From: the human T2T-CHM13v2.0 reference genome, Homo sapiens
NCBI RefSeq assembly: GCF_009914755.1
Contig: NC_060937.1
DNA: 64,000 nucleotides
Direction: 5' to 3' (one strand)
In this document: positions 15,030-30,739 of the stretch, piece after piece
Numbering within the stretch: the first letter of the stretch is position 1
Layout: every line of letters starts with the position of its first letter
Notes under the pieces: generated by a model
The model's database searches: none
The model's input: the letters and a program-made list of their open reading frames with translations, nothing else
Told to the model about the DNA's origin: nothing
Position numbers and translations under genes: made by a program

Positions 15030-16409
15030 AACAAAAAAGACTCAAATGACTAAAATCAAGAATGATCAAGAATGAGAGAGTAGACATTACTACAGATCTT
15101 ACAGAAATGAAAGGATTATTAATGAGTACTGTGAACAGTTGCATGCCAACAAATAGTCTAAGTGAACTAGACAAATATCTAGAAAGACACAAAACAACCA
15201 AAACCGAATCAAGAAAAAAATATAAAATCTGAATACACGTATAACAAGTAAAGAGATTAAATTGGTACCACAAAGAAAAACTGTCACCAAGGTAAAGTCC
15301 AGACCCAGATGGCTTTTTTGGTGAATTCCACCAAATGTTTAAGGGAGAATTAACACCAAATCTAAAACTAAACCAGACAGAGACATTGCAAGAAAACCAC
15401 AGACCAATATCCCTTATGAATATAGATATAAAATCCTCAACAAAGTACTAGCAAATCAAGTCCATGAACATATACAATTCTATTTTACTTCATTATGTAC
15501 ATCAACTAAGTGGGGTTTGTAGTAGGAATGTTGAAGTTGGTTCAACATACATAGAACAATCATTGTAATATACCACATGGTCATCTCAGTAGACTCAAAA
15601 GAAGCATTTGACAAAATTCAACACTTTTCATGATAAAAACACTCAGTATACAAGCAATAGAAGGGAACGTCCTCAACCTCATAAAAGGCATCTGCAAAAA
15701 AACCACAATTAACATTGTATGGAATGGTGAAAAACAGTATGCTTTTCCTCTAAGATGAGAAACAAGATATGGATGTCCTGCTGTCACCACTTCTATTCAA
15801 CGTTGTACTGGAAGTCCTAGCCTGGGCAAATAAGTAACTAAAGGAATTAAAGGCCTCCAGGTTGGAAAAGGAATAAAACTCTATTCAAAGAGAACATGAT
15901 CTTGTAAAAAGAAAATCTTAAAGAATCCACTGAAAAACTATTGGAACTAATAAACAAGTTCAGCAAGGTTGTGGGATATAGGTTCAATATAGAACAATAA
16001 ATTGTATTTCTATATACGGGCAATGAACAATCTGAAAATGAAATTAAGAAAACTTTTTACAACAGAATAAAAAAGAATAAAATACTTAGGAATGTTTAAT
16101 GAAAGAAATATAAGATGTATACACTGAAAACCATAAAACTCACTGAAAGAAATTAAGGAAGACTTAAACAAGTGGAAAAGCATCTGATGATCATAGATCA
16201 GAAGACTTAATATTGTTAAGGTGAAATACTGCCAAATTATACATATCCAATACGTTGCCTCCCAAATTCCCAGCTTACTTCTTTGTAGCTATTAACAAGT
16301 TGAGCCTAAAATTTGTATGGAAATGCAAGAAACACAGAATAGCCAAAATAATTTTGAAAAAGAGCACAGTGGGAGAATTCAGTGTTTCTCCATTTTAAAA
16401 CTTACTGCA

Positions 16410-16699
<290 letters not shown>

Positions 16700-17846
16700 A
16701 AAACTTACTGCAAAGCTACAGTAATAAGACAGTGTGGTACTGGCCTAAGAATGGAATAGAATTGAGGGTCCTGAAATAAAGTCTTTACATTTATGGTCAT
16801 TTGGTTTTGACAAAGGTGCCTAGATGATTCTGCTGGGAAAGAATGGTCATTTCAACAAATGGTGCTGAAACAACTAGATATCCACATGTAAAAGTATGAA
16901 ATAGGACCTATACTTCATACCATCTACAAAACTAACTCAAAAATCAATTAAAATCCTAAAATAAGAGCTAAATTGTAAGACCGTTAGAACAAAAAGGCAT
17001 AAATCTCCGTGATCTTGAATTATGGAATTATTTCCTAGATAAAAAACTAAAAAGCACAAGTAGGAGAAGAAAAATGAGATACAGTATACTTCATCAAAAT
17101 TGAATAATTTTGTGTTGTAAGTTTTGTGTTACTATCAGGAAACAAAAATCCACAAAATTGGAGGAAAAAATCCATAAAATTGGAGAAAATATCTGCAAAC
17201 TGTATCTGATAAGGGGCTTGTATTCAGAATGTGTGAAGAACTCTTACTTCTTCTAAAAAGACAACCTAATAAAAAGGTGGGCAAAAGATTTGAAAAGTCA
17301 TTTCTTCAAAGAAGTTATGTACATGTACTATAAGCATATGAAAGATTCACAACATCATCAGTCATCAGGGAAATGCAAATCAAAACCACAATGAGATACT
17401 GCTTCACACCCATTATAATGGGTAGAATTAAAAAGATAAAAACAAGTGTTAGCAACGATATGGAAAAATTTGAACCCTCATACACTGCTGGTGGGAATGT
17501 AAACTGGTAAATGTACTTTGGGAAATAGCCTGGCAGTTCCTAAGACAGTTAAACATAGTGTTACCCTATGACCCAGTAATTTCACTCCTAGGTATATATC
17601 CAAGAGAAACAAAAACATATGTCCATGTAAAAAAATGAACAGCATTATTTATATTAGCCAAAAAGTGGAAACACTCCAAATGTCCATCAACAGAGAAATG
17701 GATAAACAAAATATGGTATATCAGTAAAATGGAATATTATTATTTGGCTGTAAACTGGAATGAAGCACTTCAGTATATGCCGCAATGTGGATGAACCTCA
17801 AAAACATTATGCTAAGTGAAAGAAGCCAGTCTTAAAAGTCTACAGA

Positions 17847-18157
<311 letters not shown>

Positions 18158-20969
18158 TTACAGGGTAAATTTTATTGCATATAGATTATATCAATAAAAA
18201 TATTTTTAAAGCCTATTTGCATTTTAAATATATGTTTATATAATTTAAATGTGATTAACAATCCAGAAATAAGTTATTATTATAAGACTAAGTATTATCA
18301 ATCTTTCTTTGATAAATGGGTTAAATTTGTGGAGTCAGTTTTAGAATTAAAGCATTAATAGGTTATTTCTAGGTGTATGGGATTTGTACACTGATGCTTG
18401 TTTCTTTTATATATACATATATATAAACCGCAAATATACTGACATATTCCAAGATGAGAGCAAAAACAAAATAACTAAAAATGTGGCTTTAAAATAAAAT
18501 ATATTTGTAAACAGCATACTCTTAAATTCTGACTTGTTAACTGATACTGGATTATCTAGAAGCAGATGCTACTGCACTTCTTTGTTGATTTGGTTGCTAT
18601 GGTGATATAGTCATGTACAACAGTAAGCCTACCGTACATTGGATAATTTGATAGAAAACGAGGTTTGAGGTAGGTATTGATGAGTGTACTGGTAATCAGT
18701 TGTACCTTTAACATCCTGTCTCTACGTGTATTTTCACTGGATAAGTATAAAATGACATAAGATGCCACCAGAATAGAGTTTGTAAAGGGTGACTTGGTAG
18801 ACTAAGGACAATATGAGGTCCAACTTGCCAGTGAAAATTACCTTAGTATTCAGTGAATTGAAACAAATTAGAATAGATTGCTGGAGAAGAAGCTGTTGAA
18901 TCTTACAGCAGCTGTTGGTACCTGTGGAAGCAGCAGTTGAATGAAAAAAAATCAGAGAATGCAACCAACAGTAAGTAAAGTGGGTTTTAGAAGTGGCTTT
19001 ACTAGATAAGCAAGTTTATGATTTAATACATCAGTCATATTTTATAATTTATACTTAAATTTTTTGTATTTATTGGTCAAGGAGTAAGATCATGTTACTG
19101 TTTTTTAATGTAGGTGCTGATAGAGTATTAAGAGCTACAGATTTACCAGTTTTAGAGTAAACTTAAAACTATTAACCTTTTACCATAGAATAATTTTATT
19201 AAATCAATAGTTATAGATTAGTTTTGAAAAAATACTGTGATTTAAATGAAAAATTGTAAAAACCACTTTGTAGTTAAAACTGTTAGGAAACTATTACTTT
19301 AAATATGTAAATTATTTATAAATGAAGTTATTTTAGCTTATAACTTATATTTATTGCTAAAATAATTATATTTTAGCATATTACCATGAAGGTAAAATAT
19401 GCGGAGTCTTTAAAACGCTGTTTTTCTAGTATATTTAGAGTTTTTATAATTTGAATATAGAATTTCAGAGTTTATGAATCTATTAAGAATGATCAGTCCA
19501 GCTGCACTCTTTGTGAAATTATAAATGTGGAAATTTTCAGAAGCTGTATTATGAAGAAAGCTATTACAGACTGCTGTAAGACACCTGAAAGAAACATAAC
19601 TCTTTTACAGACACTAATTATCATTCACCTTTAAAGAGTGTTCTAAGTAATTATATTTTGGTTAATTTGTTAGTATCATTGAAATGACTCTTTCATACAG
19701 GTACACACACTTGTCATTTGGGTAATTTGTTGCAGAGTTAGAAATAACAGTATTTGTTATCCATATAACTTTCATCACAAAACTTCTGAAACTTAGAGGT
19801 ACTTCAATAACTTATTTTGACTTGATCCTATTACGTTGTGAGATACTGTCCTAATTGTTTTAATTCTAAATTGCAATATGAAAACTTGTGTTTTTGAGTT
19901 TTAATAAGCATAATGAATTGCTTTTGATATATTGATGCAGTTTATGTAAGAAAACTTATTCTGTGAAGAGACTATCAGCATTTAAGATAAAACTTACTTC
20001 ATAAAGATAAGGCAGAAATTTTATTAAAAAGATAAATTAGTTTATTTTCAAATGCAGGCAGTTTATACTGGAAGCATTACATGTTAAGGGGGTGCATGTT
20101 ATTGCTCAAATATAAGCCATGTGAGCAGTGAATTCATATTTTAAACTCAATCCTAAAATGAACAAAGTAAATGAGCATGAAAGTGCTTGATTAACAATAA
20201 AGTAAAACACAACTTTAAGCTATGATACTGTAATTATCCCCTTGGGTAATCTTGATACCCTGGACTTATTTTGAATATCAGTTTTTAAAGAGTGGTACAG
20301 TGGTTAAAAAACATGCAAACCCAAATGACATCTGGAAATTGGAATTGATGCTGATATTCTAATTACTGTAAAGTCCTTATATTTTTTTCTTTAAAATAAT
20401 TGTAAGTGGAAAACATTTTAAGTCTGACTTTTTGATAGAACTGGCTTTAGAAAGAAAGATTTAATTATTGCCAACCCACACATGTGTATAAGTTCAATGA
20501 GCTACATGGCACCCATGTGCAGGTAATGACACTTTTTAGTAGGATTGGTAAGAGAATTAAGAACAGATCTACTTATAAGCCATTCTGAAATAAATGAGAA
20601 CACAAATCCTTAGTTGCATATGTATACACTGTATATACATATATGCAGACATTGTCTATAAATGTGTATATGTGGGATAATACCTCATTATATTTTAAGA
20701 ATCTCCTGTATGTCAGGCAGTATGCTGACATACAGAATATACAGAATTTACCTTTGTAGAAAAGTCACTACAGTTTACAGTTAAATTAAAAGCTGCATAC
20801 CTATTAAGTAATAGAGTAGAATTTGAATGTAGAATAATCTGACTCAAAATTCATTTATCTTTTCTGTCAAAATGACTTTATTTCTGTAGAAACAATTATG
20901 AAGACAAATGAGCCTAAACAGGAAAAAAAATTTTCTGATTACCACATATTATACCATGTATTCTGTTTT

Positions 20970-21090
20970 GTATTTTAATTGGCTGTAACTGTCTCCCTTA
21001 CTGATTCATCCTTGTATCCCCAGCTCTTCAAAGAGTGCCTAACATATAGTAGTTACCCATTAATTGTTTGCCAAATAAATGAATTAAACG
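20970..21090 (+). mobile_element. L2 3' end
   Basis: gtatccccagc...gagtgcctaacatatagtag...tgtttgccaaataaatgaa. Confidence 0.65.
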
Positions 21091-21561
21091 AGCAATTGGT
21101 TGACTCTTCTCAGTTGTTTGTCTATATGCTGGTATCAAGCATATATTCTTACTTAGGTTGAGTTATTATCCATCATGGAACTAAAATCCAAATTCAAATT
21201 CGTTAGTTTGATAATATTCTTATCTTTTATTTGCAAATCTTAATTTCTATTTTGACTTCAGCTGAAATGTTATATCAGCCTGTCAGTCTACAGATTGACA
21301 AGATCTAGCCAAGTATAGATAAAGCTTAATGCAAAGTTCATATGATCAAGTTAATTTAATAGCACTTTAATGTATAATTTAGACATTTGTGAATTGATAG
21401 GATATTCAAATGAAATGAATTTCCTAGCTTAACTTCTCAGGAAACTCAGATAATTAGTTCAAATTTAGACATAGTGAAATGGAGGTACCTGCAGTTTATC
21501 AAGGTGAATAAATCCAGAAAGTAGTTGAAAATGGAATTTTAAAGTTTGGGGCATCCCGAGA

Positions 21562-21766
21562 TATATTGTCTAATACAGTAGCCATTAACCACATGTGACT
21601 ATTTAAACTACTAGAGTTAAATAAAATTACAGATTCAGTTTCTCATCCCTACTAGTCACATTTCAAGTGCTCAATAGCCACATACAACTAGAGGCTGTTA
21701 TATCAGACAGCACAAATGCTATAGGACATTTCTGTCATCACAGAGAGTTCTGTCAGACAGCACTGG
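21562..21766. mobile_element. MER3 (hAT-Charlie) DNA transposon
   Basis: gtagccattaaccacatgtgactattta...catttcaagtgctcaatagccac...tcatcacagagagttctgtcagacagcactg. Confidence 0.75.
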
Positions 21767-22469
21767 TGTTGAAACTGGAGGAAAGGATTTAGGAGTCATT
21801 TGGAGATGGATGGTAGTTAATTGAGCAAACATTTGTTCAACCTATGTTTTTGTAAATTTACTGTGGTCTCTGTAACTATAAAAACAGATCGATGTCTAAA
21901 TGTACCACTCTAGTCTCTGTAACTGTAAAAACAGATTGAAGTCTTATGAAAGGCTTGTGTTGTAGTGGAGGTGACATCATGTAAACAACTAAATACAATT
22001 TAGTGCTAAGTGTCATAATAGAAGGATGTACAGAGTGCTTTGAACCTTAGAATGGGAATAATCTAACTTTGCTTTAGGATGGCAGAATCTTGAAGGATGA
22101 GTAGAGTTTTCTGAAGAAGAAATTCTATGTTCACAGTCATAGTGGTTGAGAAGCCCTGTTAGGAAAATATTAGCAGAAATCAAGTCTGAACTAATTGTCA
22201 TGCCAAAGAATAGTAAGTCAGTCACAGACCAGAAAATGAAGGTGAGGCTATTGACCATTAGAACACTACACTGAAAGGAGTAGAACAGATAGATATCTGG
22301 AAAGCTAAAGGATCAGTATAGGAAAATATGAAAAGTAAAGAGTATGCAGATCCTGGACCAGTTGAGGAGAAATCTCATAAGCATTGTGTTCTAGGTATAT
22401 TCTCTTTCATGTGCGTCCACTTGGCTAGGCTAGAGGCAAGTCCTTAAATTGAAAGATCTATATTGATAA

Positions 22470-22610
22470 AAAATAATACTACTAAGAGCTACTCATACAG
22501 CACTTACAGTAACAGCGAATATGTGCATAGATAGTGCTTACTATATGCCAGTCACTGTTCTATGCACTTATTATATGTTAACTCATTTAATCATCACAAG
22601 AACCCCATGA
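22470..22610 (-). mobile_element. MIR fragment
   Basis: gtgcttactatatgccagtcactgttcta...aactcatttaatcatcacaagaacccc. Confidence 0.65.
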
Positions 22611-22844
22611 ATGCTGAAGTAATTTGAAGGCCTTTAACCATGGGTTGGAGGAATGAATGGTTTGGCTTAGCTAACCATTGCTAAATGTATGTTATTAACT
22701 GTCATTCAAGGATACAAGGCACAGAGGATTTTCTCCTTTATTATTGCTATCAACCACCAGCAAACGTAAAGGAGCAGTTGGATAAGGAGGAGATAGAAGG
22801 ATTAGGCATTCCAAATATTTATGTGCTTTCTGTAACTTGGGGGT

Positions 22845-23922
22845 TGTTATGGGAGGAATTGTCATGTCCACCCCCTACCCCCTGCCACAACCCAAAATTG
22901 ATATGTTGAAGTCCTCACCTTCAGTATCTTCAGTACCTCAGAATGTAACTGTATTTGGAGATAGGGTGAAACGGGAGAGTTCCCTGGCCTCACCCCCCTC
23001 ACAGTACATGCAACAGAGGCATGCCTCTCTGTTCAGCCACTGAGAGCTCAAACCCCTTATGGGAGCGGGAACTCGCAGATGGGCAGGTGCAGGAGCCAGA
23101 GCAAGCACTTTGTGCTCTGGCCCCATGATAGTGTCTACAGATGGGTGCCTGTGACTCCCAAAGCCCAAGTGGGCATTCTACAGTGCACTCTTAGTTTTGC
23201 CGTCCACAGATGGCTTAAGTGCCTTCTTGGCACCCAGGTTCTTGTGCAGAGTCCAGGAAGAATAAGGACTTGAAGAGTGAATGTGGGGGCTTTATTGAGT
23301 GGTAGAAGTGGCTCTCAGCAGGATGGATGGGGAGCTGGAAGGGGACCAAGTGGGAAGATTATCTTCCCCTGGAGTTTGGCCATCCAGCGGCCGATCTCTT
23401 CTCTGATTGTCCCCACTGAACTCTTGGTGTTCAGGCGCTCCTTCTCTGTGACACGTTCTGCCGTTTGTCTGCTCATCTCCTTCTGGAGCCTGGGTTTGGG
23501 ATTTATATGGGTACAGGATAGGGGGTGCGGTGGGTCAAAAGACAACTTTTTGGGCATGAAAACAGGAATGCCTGTTCTCACTTAGGGCCACAGGTATCCA
23601 GGCTTGAGGGTGGGGCCTTTGCCAAGGAACTGCCCTCTTCTACCCACTATTTCCCTGTCTCCTGTCCATATCATTTTCCCCCTCTAAAGAGAGGGTGAGC
23701 CCTAATCCAATATGGCTGGTTTCCTTATAAGAACAGGAAATTAGGACATAGACACATACAGAGGGAAGACACGGGGAGAAGATGCCATCTACACGTCATG
23801 GAGAAAGACTACGGAGGAAAACAATCTTGCCAACACCTTGCTTTGAGACCTCTAGCCTTCAAAATTGTGAGAAAATAAATTTCTGTGGTTCTTTTTTATG
23901 GCAAACCTAGCAAATTAATATG
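22845..23922 (+). mobile_element. MLT1B-like MaLR LTR interrupted by an ERV1 LTR
   Basis: tgttatgg...atatgttgaagtcc...gtatttggagataggg, resuming at gggtgagccctaatccaatatgg...ctagcaaattaata. Confidence 0.82.
22967..23685 (-). mobile_element. ERV1 LTR of the MER52/LTR1/LTR27/LTR28 group with adjacent polypurine tract
   Basis: - strand starts TGATATGGACAGGAGACAGGGAAATAG (23673) and ends GGGAACTCTCCCGTTTCA (22967); preceded by AGAGGGGGAAAA. Confidence 0.78.
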
Positions 23923-24999
23923 GTAGCCAAGATAATTTATTTGTAAATATTGGGAACATGAATATATGTTTTTGAATTCTGGGTTGATTTTCTTACTGTA
24001 TCTACTAAATCCTTCACCAAGTTTTAGAAGTAGAGATGTGAGATGTTTACTTTGTTGTTCTCAAACCTAACAATGTTTGTGAAGAATGCAAGTCATGTTC
24101 CTTTTGGGATAAGGCGAGAAAGTTAACTTATATCTGTAAAATTGATGCCATTCATAAACATTTTTCTTTAATTTTTTTCTGTAATTTGGTTTTGTAGATT
24201 TTTTTTTGCAAAAATATAGGTGAACAAGAAGTTAGGGGAAAAATACAGATTCTTCACCCTCCAGAGAGGGACCTGAATACATATACAGTATTTTGAAAAA
24301 GTCCCAGGACAATTCTAAGACATCATCCCTTCCATCTGGTGCACATCTTCTCATCTGATAGATTTTGGTGGTGCTGCGGGTCAGATGTAATGTTATTTTT
24401 CCTGTTCTCTTTTGTATGTAAGAAACTTAGACTGATAGATATTAAGTAAAATTGAAGTAGGGGACCAAGGAATTGTGTATTACCATTGGAATGTAAACTA
24501 ATATTTTTCAAAGTTAGTAAGGTATAATTTATGCATAGGTATAATCTTTTCTATAATACCAATCTTTTGAATAATACCAATAATTTTCTGTTAATTTATT
24601 TTTTAAAATCTGGATTGTACTAAATGGTATCTCAGACATCACTTAGCTCTAACTTTTCCCAAGCTGTAGGCTCTGTTTGTTTAGAGGTTCCCGTCAGGCT
24701 TGCTTGTCTCTGGTATCAATGCTCCCTTGTCCTTCCTCACTCCAGAGATATCTTTTGCTGCTGTCCTGCTTTTTTGAAACTTAGTTTTCTCCCCCAAGTA
24801 AATAATTTTATATATGAACCTCTTAAATCTTATCTATCCTCTTCTGTAACTTCTCCAAGCCATCGTATCTTTTTTATCGTTTATTAAGAATTGCAGTGAG
24901 CATTAAATTTTAGTCATATTTTGCTGTATTTTTGTAGTTTTAACTAACATATATACTGGGCATATTTATAACTTTAATCAGTGACTTTTCATTATCATA

Positions 25000-25318
<319 letters not shown>

Positions 25319-26619
25319 TGTTATTTTTTAATGTGACAGTTTTGTGTACATATTTTCATATGTCATCGTAGGACACTTGTAAGAATAACTTAAAGGTCTA
25401 CATGGTATGGCATTATTTGCAGTCATGATAAATTCTTATCTGCCCTTTGGTAGTAGCCGCCTTACCAAAGACATGTTTTAAGCATATGTTTATCTGTTAT
25501 TCAAGAAGTAATGTAATTATTAGTAGTACTGAATAAGTAAATTCAGGATACACTAAAAATGCTCACTAATTCTATTTATCTCTGTTTAAGATGCTTAAAG
25601 TTGGACTGTTGGCATATATTCAGACAATAATTTTTATCAATTGCCTACTCACCCATTATCGGCACTAATAACTCAACCCAGATATTAGAAGTTCCCACCA
25701 TTTGCACTTACGGATGGCAAAGGAAAACTCCTAGGTATCACACCAGTAGAGCAAGGTCTTCAAAATGCCACCAAATCTATTGCTAGAAATGAAAGAAGTG
25801 AAAGAAACTGAGGAGAGAAACATAGTGCAGAATTTTTACAAATGGTGTAATGAAACTGTCAGATCTGAACTCTGATCTTTAAAATAGTTGGGAGTTGGAA
25901 GATCAGCAGTGCATCTGAGATAAGTGCAAACTTAAGAGTATGGTTATTTGTTTCTATGAAATTTAAAGATATTGAAGGATTTAGTTTTTAAAAGTCTAAT
26001 AAAGTACTTTATAACCACTTTATGATAGTATATTTGTAAAAGGTGCTCTGTAATATACCCCTGTGCAAATAGAGACATCAATGATAAGAATCACAGAATG
26101 ATGGATAATTTACCAGGGTTCCTCACCTGTCACACTTATAAGAGTTACTTGGTTTACAGGATTTTTGTAGTCATTTCATTTATGATTATTCTGGAAACAG
26201 TTTTTTTGACATATTTTATCTCAGGTAATATAACTAGTTTATAATTTGTAGTTCTTCTTTCACTCTTCCCTCCGCTCATCATATTGTACTATTATAATGA
26301 GATTATGGAAAATTCCACTGCATTTGTGGCAGATGAATGTAAAATAGCATAGGAATCCAGATAATTTGAAGATATATGAGTCCTGCATTTTGGAGCTGGC
26401 CAAAAGTTTGATTATTTGCCAGAAACCTGTGAGTGGGCGTAGCATTTAGACAGGGACCTTTATTCCAAAGTAGCCCTGGTTTAATCTGGCATGTTGGCGA
26501 AAGTACATACTACACATACATCTGTGTATGTTAATTTCTTCTAATCTCATATTTTCTATTTAGTCTTTTAATAATTCCCTAAAATAACTATTTCAGTTGA
26601 TATTTACTCAGTGGCCTAA

Positions 26620-27435
<816 letters not shown>

Positions 27436-27798
27436 GCCATAATTTTAATATTCCCCTAAATACAACTTATATATCAATAGAAAGATATTTATAAAATCCA
27501 TTGTAAAGCCATCTACTTGCATCAAATCTCCAAGATTTGAGTATGTCCTTGGGACGAAAAACCCCAGGCTGGAAAAGGTAAGTACTTTTTTTCTTGTATT
27601 TTTTCTCCTGGTTATCTTTGATTACTCTTTGTTATCTTTGGTGACTCTGATTACTCTTACAACTATTTTATCATCTTCCAGCATTTCTTTATTTTCTGAT
27701 TCGCTATTTCTGCTCATATTTTTGTTTCCTTCCTTTTATTTTCGTTGGATTAGCTATGCCTTTTCTTACTGAGTTGGACACTTAACATACTAATTTTC

Positions 27799-28086
27799 AG
27801 CTGGGTACAGTGGCTCATACCTGTAATGCCAGCACTTTGGGAGGCCAAGGTGAGAGGATCGCTAGAGCCCAGAAATTTAAGACCAGCCTAGGCAAGATAG
27901 TGAGACCCTGTCAAAAAATAGAAAAAAATAATGAGGTATGGTGCTGCATGCCTGTGGTCCCAGCTGTAATACTTGGGTGGCTGAGGTGGGAGGATTGCTT
28001 GAGTCAGAGATGTTGAGACTGCAGTGAGCTGCGATTGTGCCACTGTACTCCAGCCTAGGCAACAGAGACCCTGTCTCAAAAAAAAA
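27799..28086 (+). mobile_element. AluJ
   Basis: Diverged dimeric Alu. Confidence 0.88.
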
Positions 28087-28261
28087 TTAATTGTTGTTGT
28101 AAGTATTTAGAGGTCTGTATTTTTTGATAAATACAGTGTTGTCTGCATCCTAAGGTCTTACTGTAGAATGTTTTGGTTACAGTTCGTTTCTGTTCCTTTT
28201 CTATTTTTCATTATAATTTCTTCTTTGACTTATGAATTATTGAAACTTTTACAGACATTTT

Positions 28262-28566
28262 CTGTTTTTGTTTTTTGAGAGCCAGGGTCTCATTCTGTCA
28301 CCAAGACTGGAATGCAGTGGTACAATCAAGGCTCACTTCAGCCTTGACCTCCTGGGCTCAAAGAATCCTCCCACCTCAGCCTCCCAAGTAGCTGGGACTA
28401 TAAATGTGTGCCACCACACCCAGCCAGTTTTTTTTTTTTTTTTAATATTTTGTAGAGACAGGGTCTTACTGTGTTGCTTAGGCTGGTCTTGAACTCCTGG
28501 GCTCAAGGTATCCTCCCATCTTGGCTCCCAAAGTGTTGGAATTACAGGCGTGAGCCACTGGACCCA
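28262..28566 (-). mobile_element. AluJ
   Basis: Diverged reverse Alu. Confidence 0.88.
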
Positions 28567-29694
28567 TCCTGCAAACATATTTTTAAGATGTTAAAAAATT
28601 ATTTTATTTTTAACTTTTGTGTACATTGAAGACAGTTAATACTAATTTCTTTGAAATTTGTGAAACTTGATTTGTGCTGTTCTATGTGGCCCATTCTTAA
28701 ATTTTTTTGCTCCACTTCTTTATGTGCTTAAAATGAAAGTATAGATTTAAATTGTTAGGTGCAGTGTTCCTTCCGAGACCATTTAGGTCAAACTAATTGA
28801 TAATGTTGTTCTGATATTCTGTATCCTTTAATATTTTGTCTCCTTGTTCTGTTAATTACAGAGATAAGTATTAAAACATGCTGTCATGATAGTGTAATTG
28901 GAATATGATCCTTGTAATTTTTTTAATTCAATTTGATTTTCTGTTTTTTTAAGTAAGCAAAACTTTGGCCATTTTTTTTTCTAAGTCTTAAGGTTTATTT
29001 ATACTAATGATTGCATTGTACAATGCTTTATAATTTATATTTACAACCCCCCATAAACTTTTTGTATTCTGGATTATTCCTTCACATTTTCTAATATTCA
29101 GCATAATGATCAAGCATACTTCATATACATTGACCCCTCTCCTTCAGCAACTCAAAAGATTAAATAAATACTGTAGAAAAAATGAAGAGATGACCTGAAG
29201 ACTTGATCATCTACATCTATGTGACAGAAGAGTCAGTTCTTTGTAATGAAATACTGTAAGAATGAAGAATTAACAAATTGTTTGTAGTTTACCAGAAAAG
29301 CATATTAACTCTTTTCAAAAACCACTGAATAAAAGTAAAATGAATCCCTTAAGTTGCATTCTAATTAGCAGACTGGTTTCCATATCTCATCATTCTCATA
29401 GTCTTCTGTTGTCATGTCTTCTTCCGTGTCTCCTTGGGATGAAAAGGGCTGAGGCTGGTTGGCAGGTAATTCATTCTCACTATTCTGACTCAAAGATACC
29501 AGGTTTTGGGTTCAGTGGTTTGAGTGAGTTCACCCAGAGCTTCCTCTACAAGCTGTCCTCCATTAAGCTGTGCCTCCTCTCTGCTGTCAGAGTCTATTAT
29601 TCCATGCTCCCCATAAGGTAGGGCTTCCATTTTCAGTCTTCCAAAGTGTTGCTCCAGAGGGAGCTTTCCAATGTCTTGGATGAAAGAAGTCTGA

Positions 29695-29990
<296 letters not shown>

Positions 29991-30330
29991 GAAAAATCTG
30001 AGCTTGATTTCTCATTTGAATGGTTAACAGAACAAGATATAGCAATAGCTAAGTTTGGAGACATAAAGCTGGTAGGCAGAAGTCAGGAAAAGTGCTTTTG
30101 TTGCCAGGCCATTTTTTCAATACTTTTTGTGTGTTAGAAACTACTGGGGTTTGTGCAAGGTTCAAAAACTTGATTGTTCTTGGCAATGAGCAAACCCTCA
30201 AGATTTGTTGAAATGTATCACATCTTTCATAGCTGTAGATGTACTACCCTGAGTAAAGAGCATGTATTCTTTTCACAAATGGGGATATCTGCAAAACTCA
30301 GAAATTCACTGGCTCTCATAAGATTTCTCC

Positions 30331-30739
30331 TTTCCCTTTCCTTTCCCTTTTCCTTTCCCTTTCCCTTTCCTTTCCCTTTCCCTTTGCCTTTCCCTTTCCT
30401 TTTTTCTTTCCCTTTCCCTTTCCCTTTCCTTTCCCTTTCCCTTTCCTTTCCTTCTTTTTTAATGGAATCTCACTCTGTCACTCATGCTCGAGTGTAGTGG
30501 TACCATCTCGACTAACTGCAACCTCTGTCTCCCAGGTTCAAGCAATTCTTCTGCCTCAGTCTCCCGAGTAGCTGGGACTACAAGTGCGTGCCACCACGGC
30601 CAGCTAATTTTTGTATTTTTAGTAGGGATGGGGTTTCACCATGTTGCCCAGGTTGGTCTCAAACTCCTGACCTCAAGGATACTCCTGCCTCAGCCTCCCA
30701 AAGTGCTGGGATTGCAGGTGTGAGCCACCACACCCAGCC
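30331..30739 (-). mobile_element. AluS with (TTTCCC)n-expanded tail, inserted in RAD17 pseudogene
   Basis: TSD aagatttctcctttc / aagatatctactttc; microsatellite about 30331-30451. Confidence 0.9.

Noticed and set aside
27530-27590. Strong donor AAG|gtaagt as a cryptic FNDC3A exon
   Set aside because: No convincing upstream acceptor or recognisable peptide; such motifs occur by chance in 64 kb.
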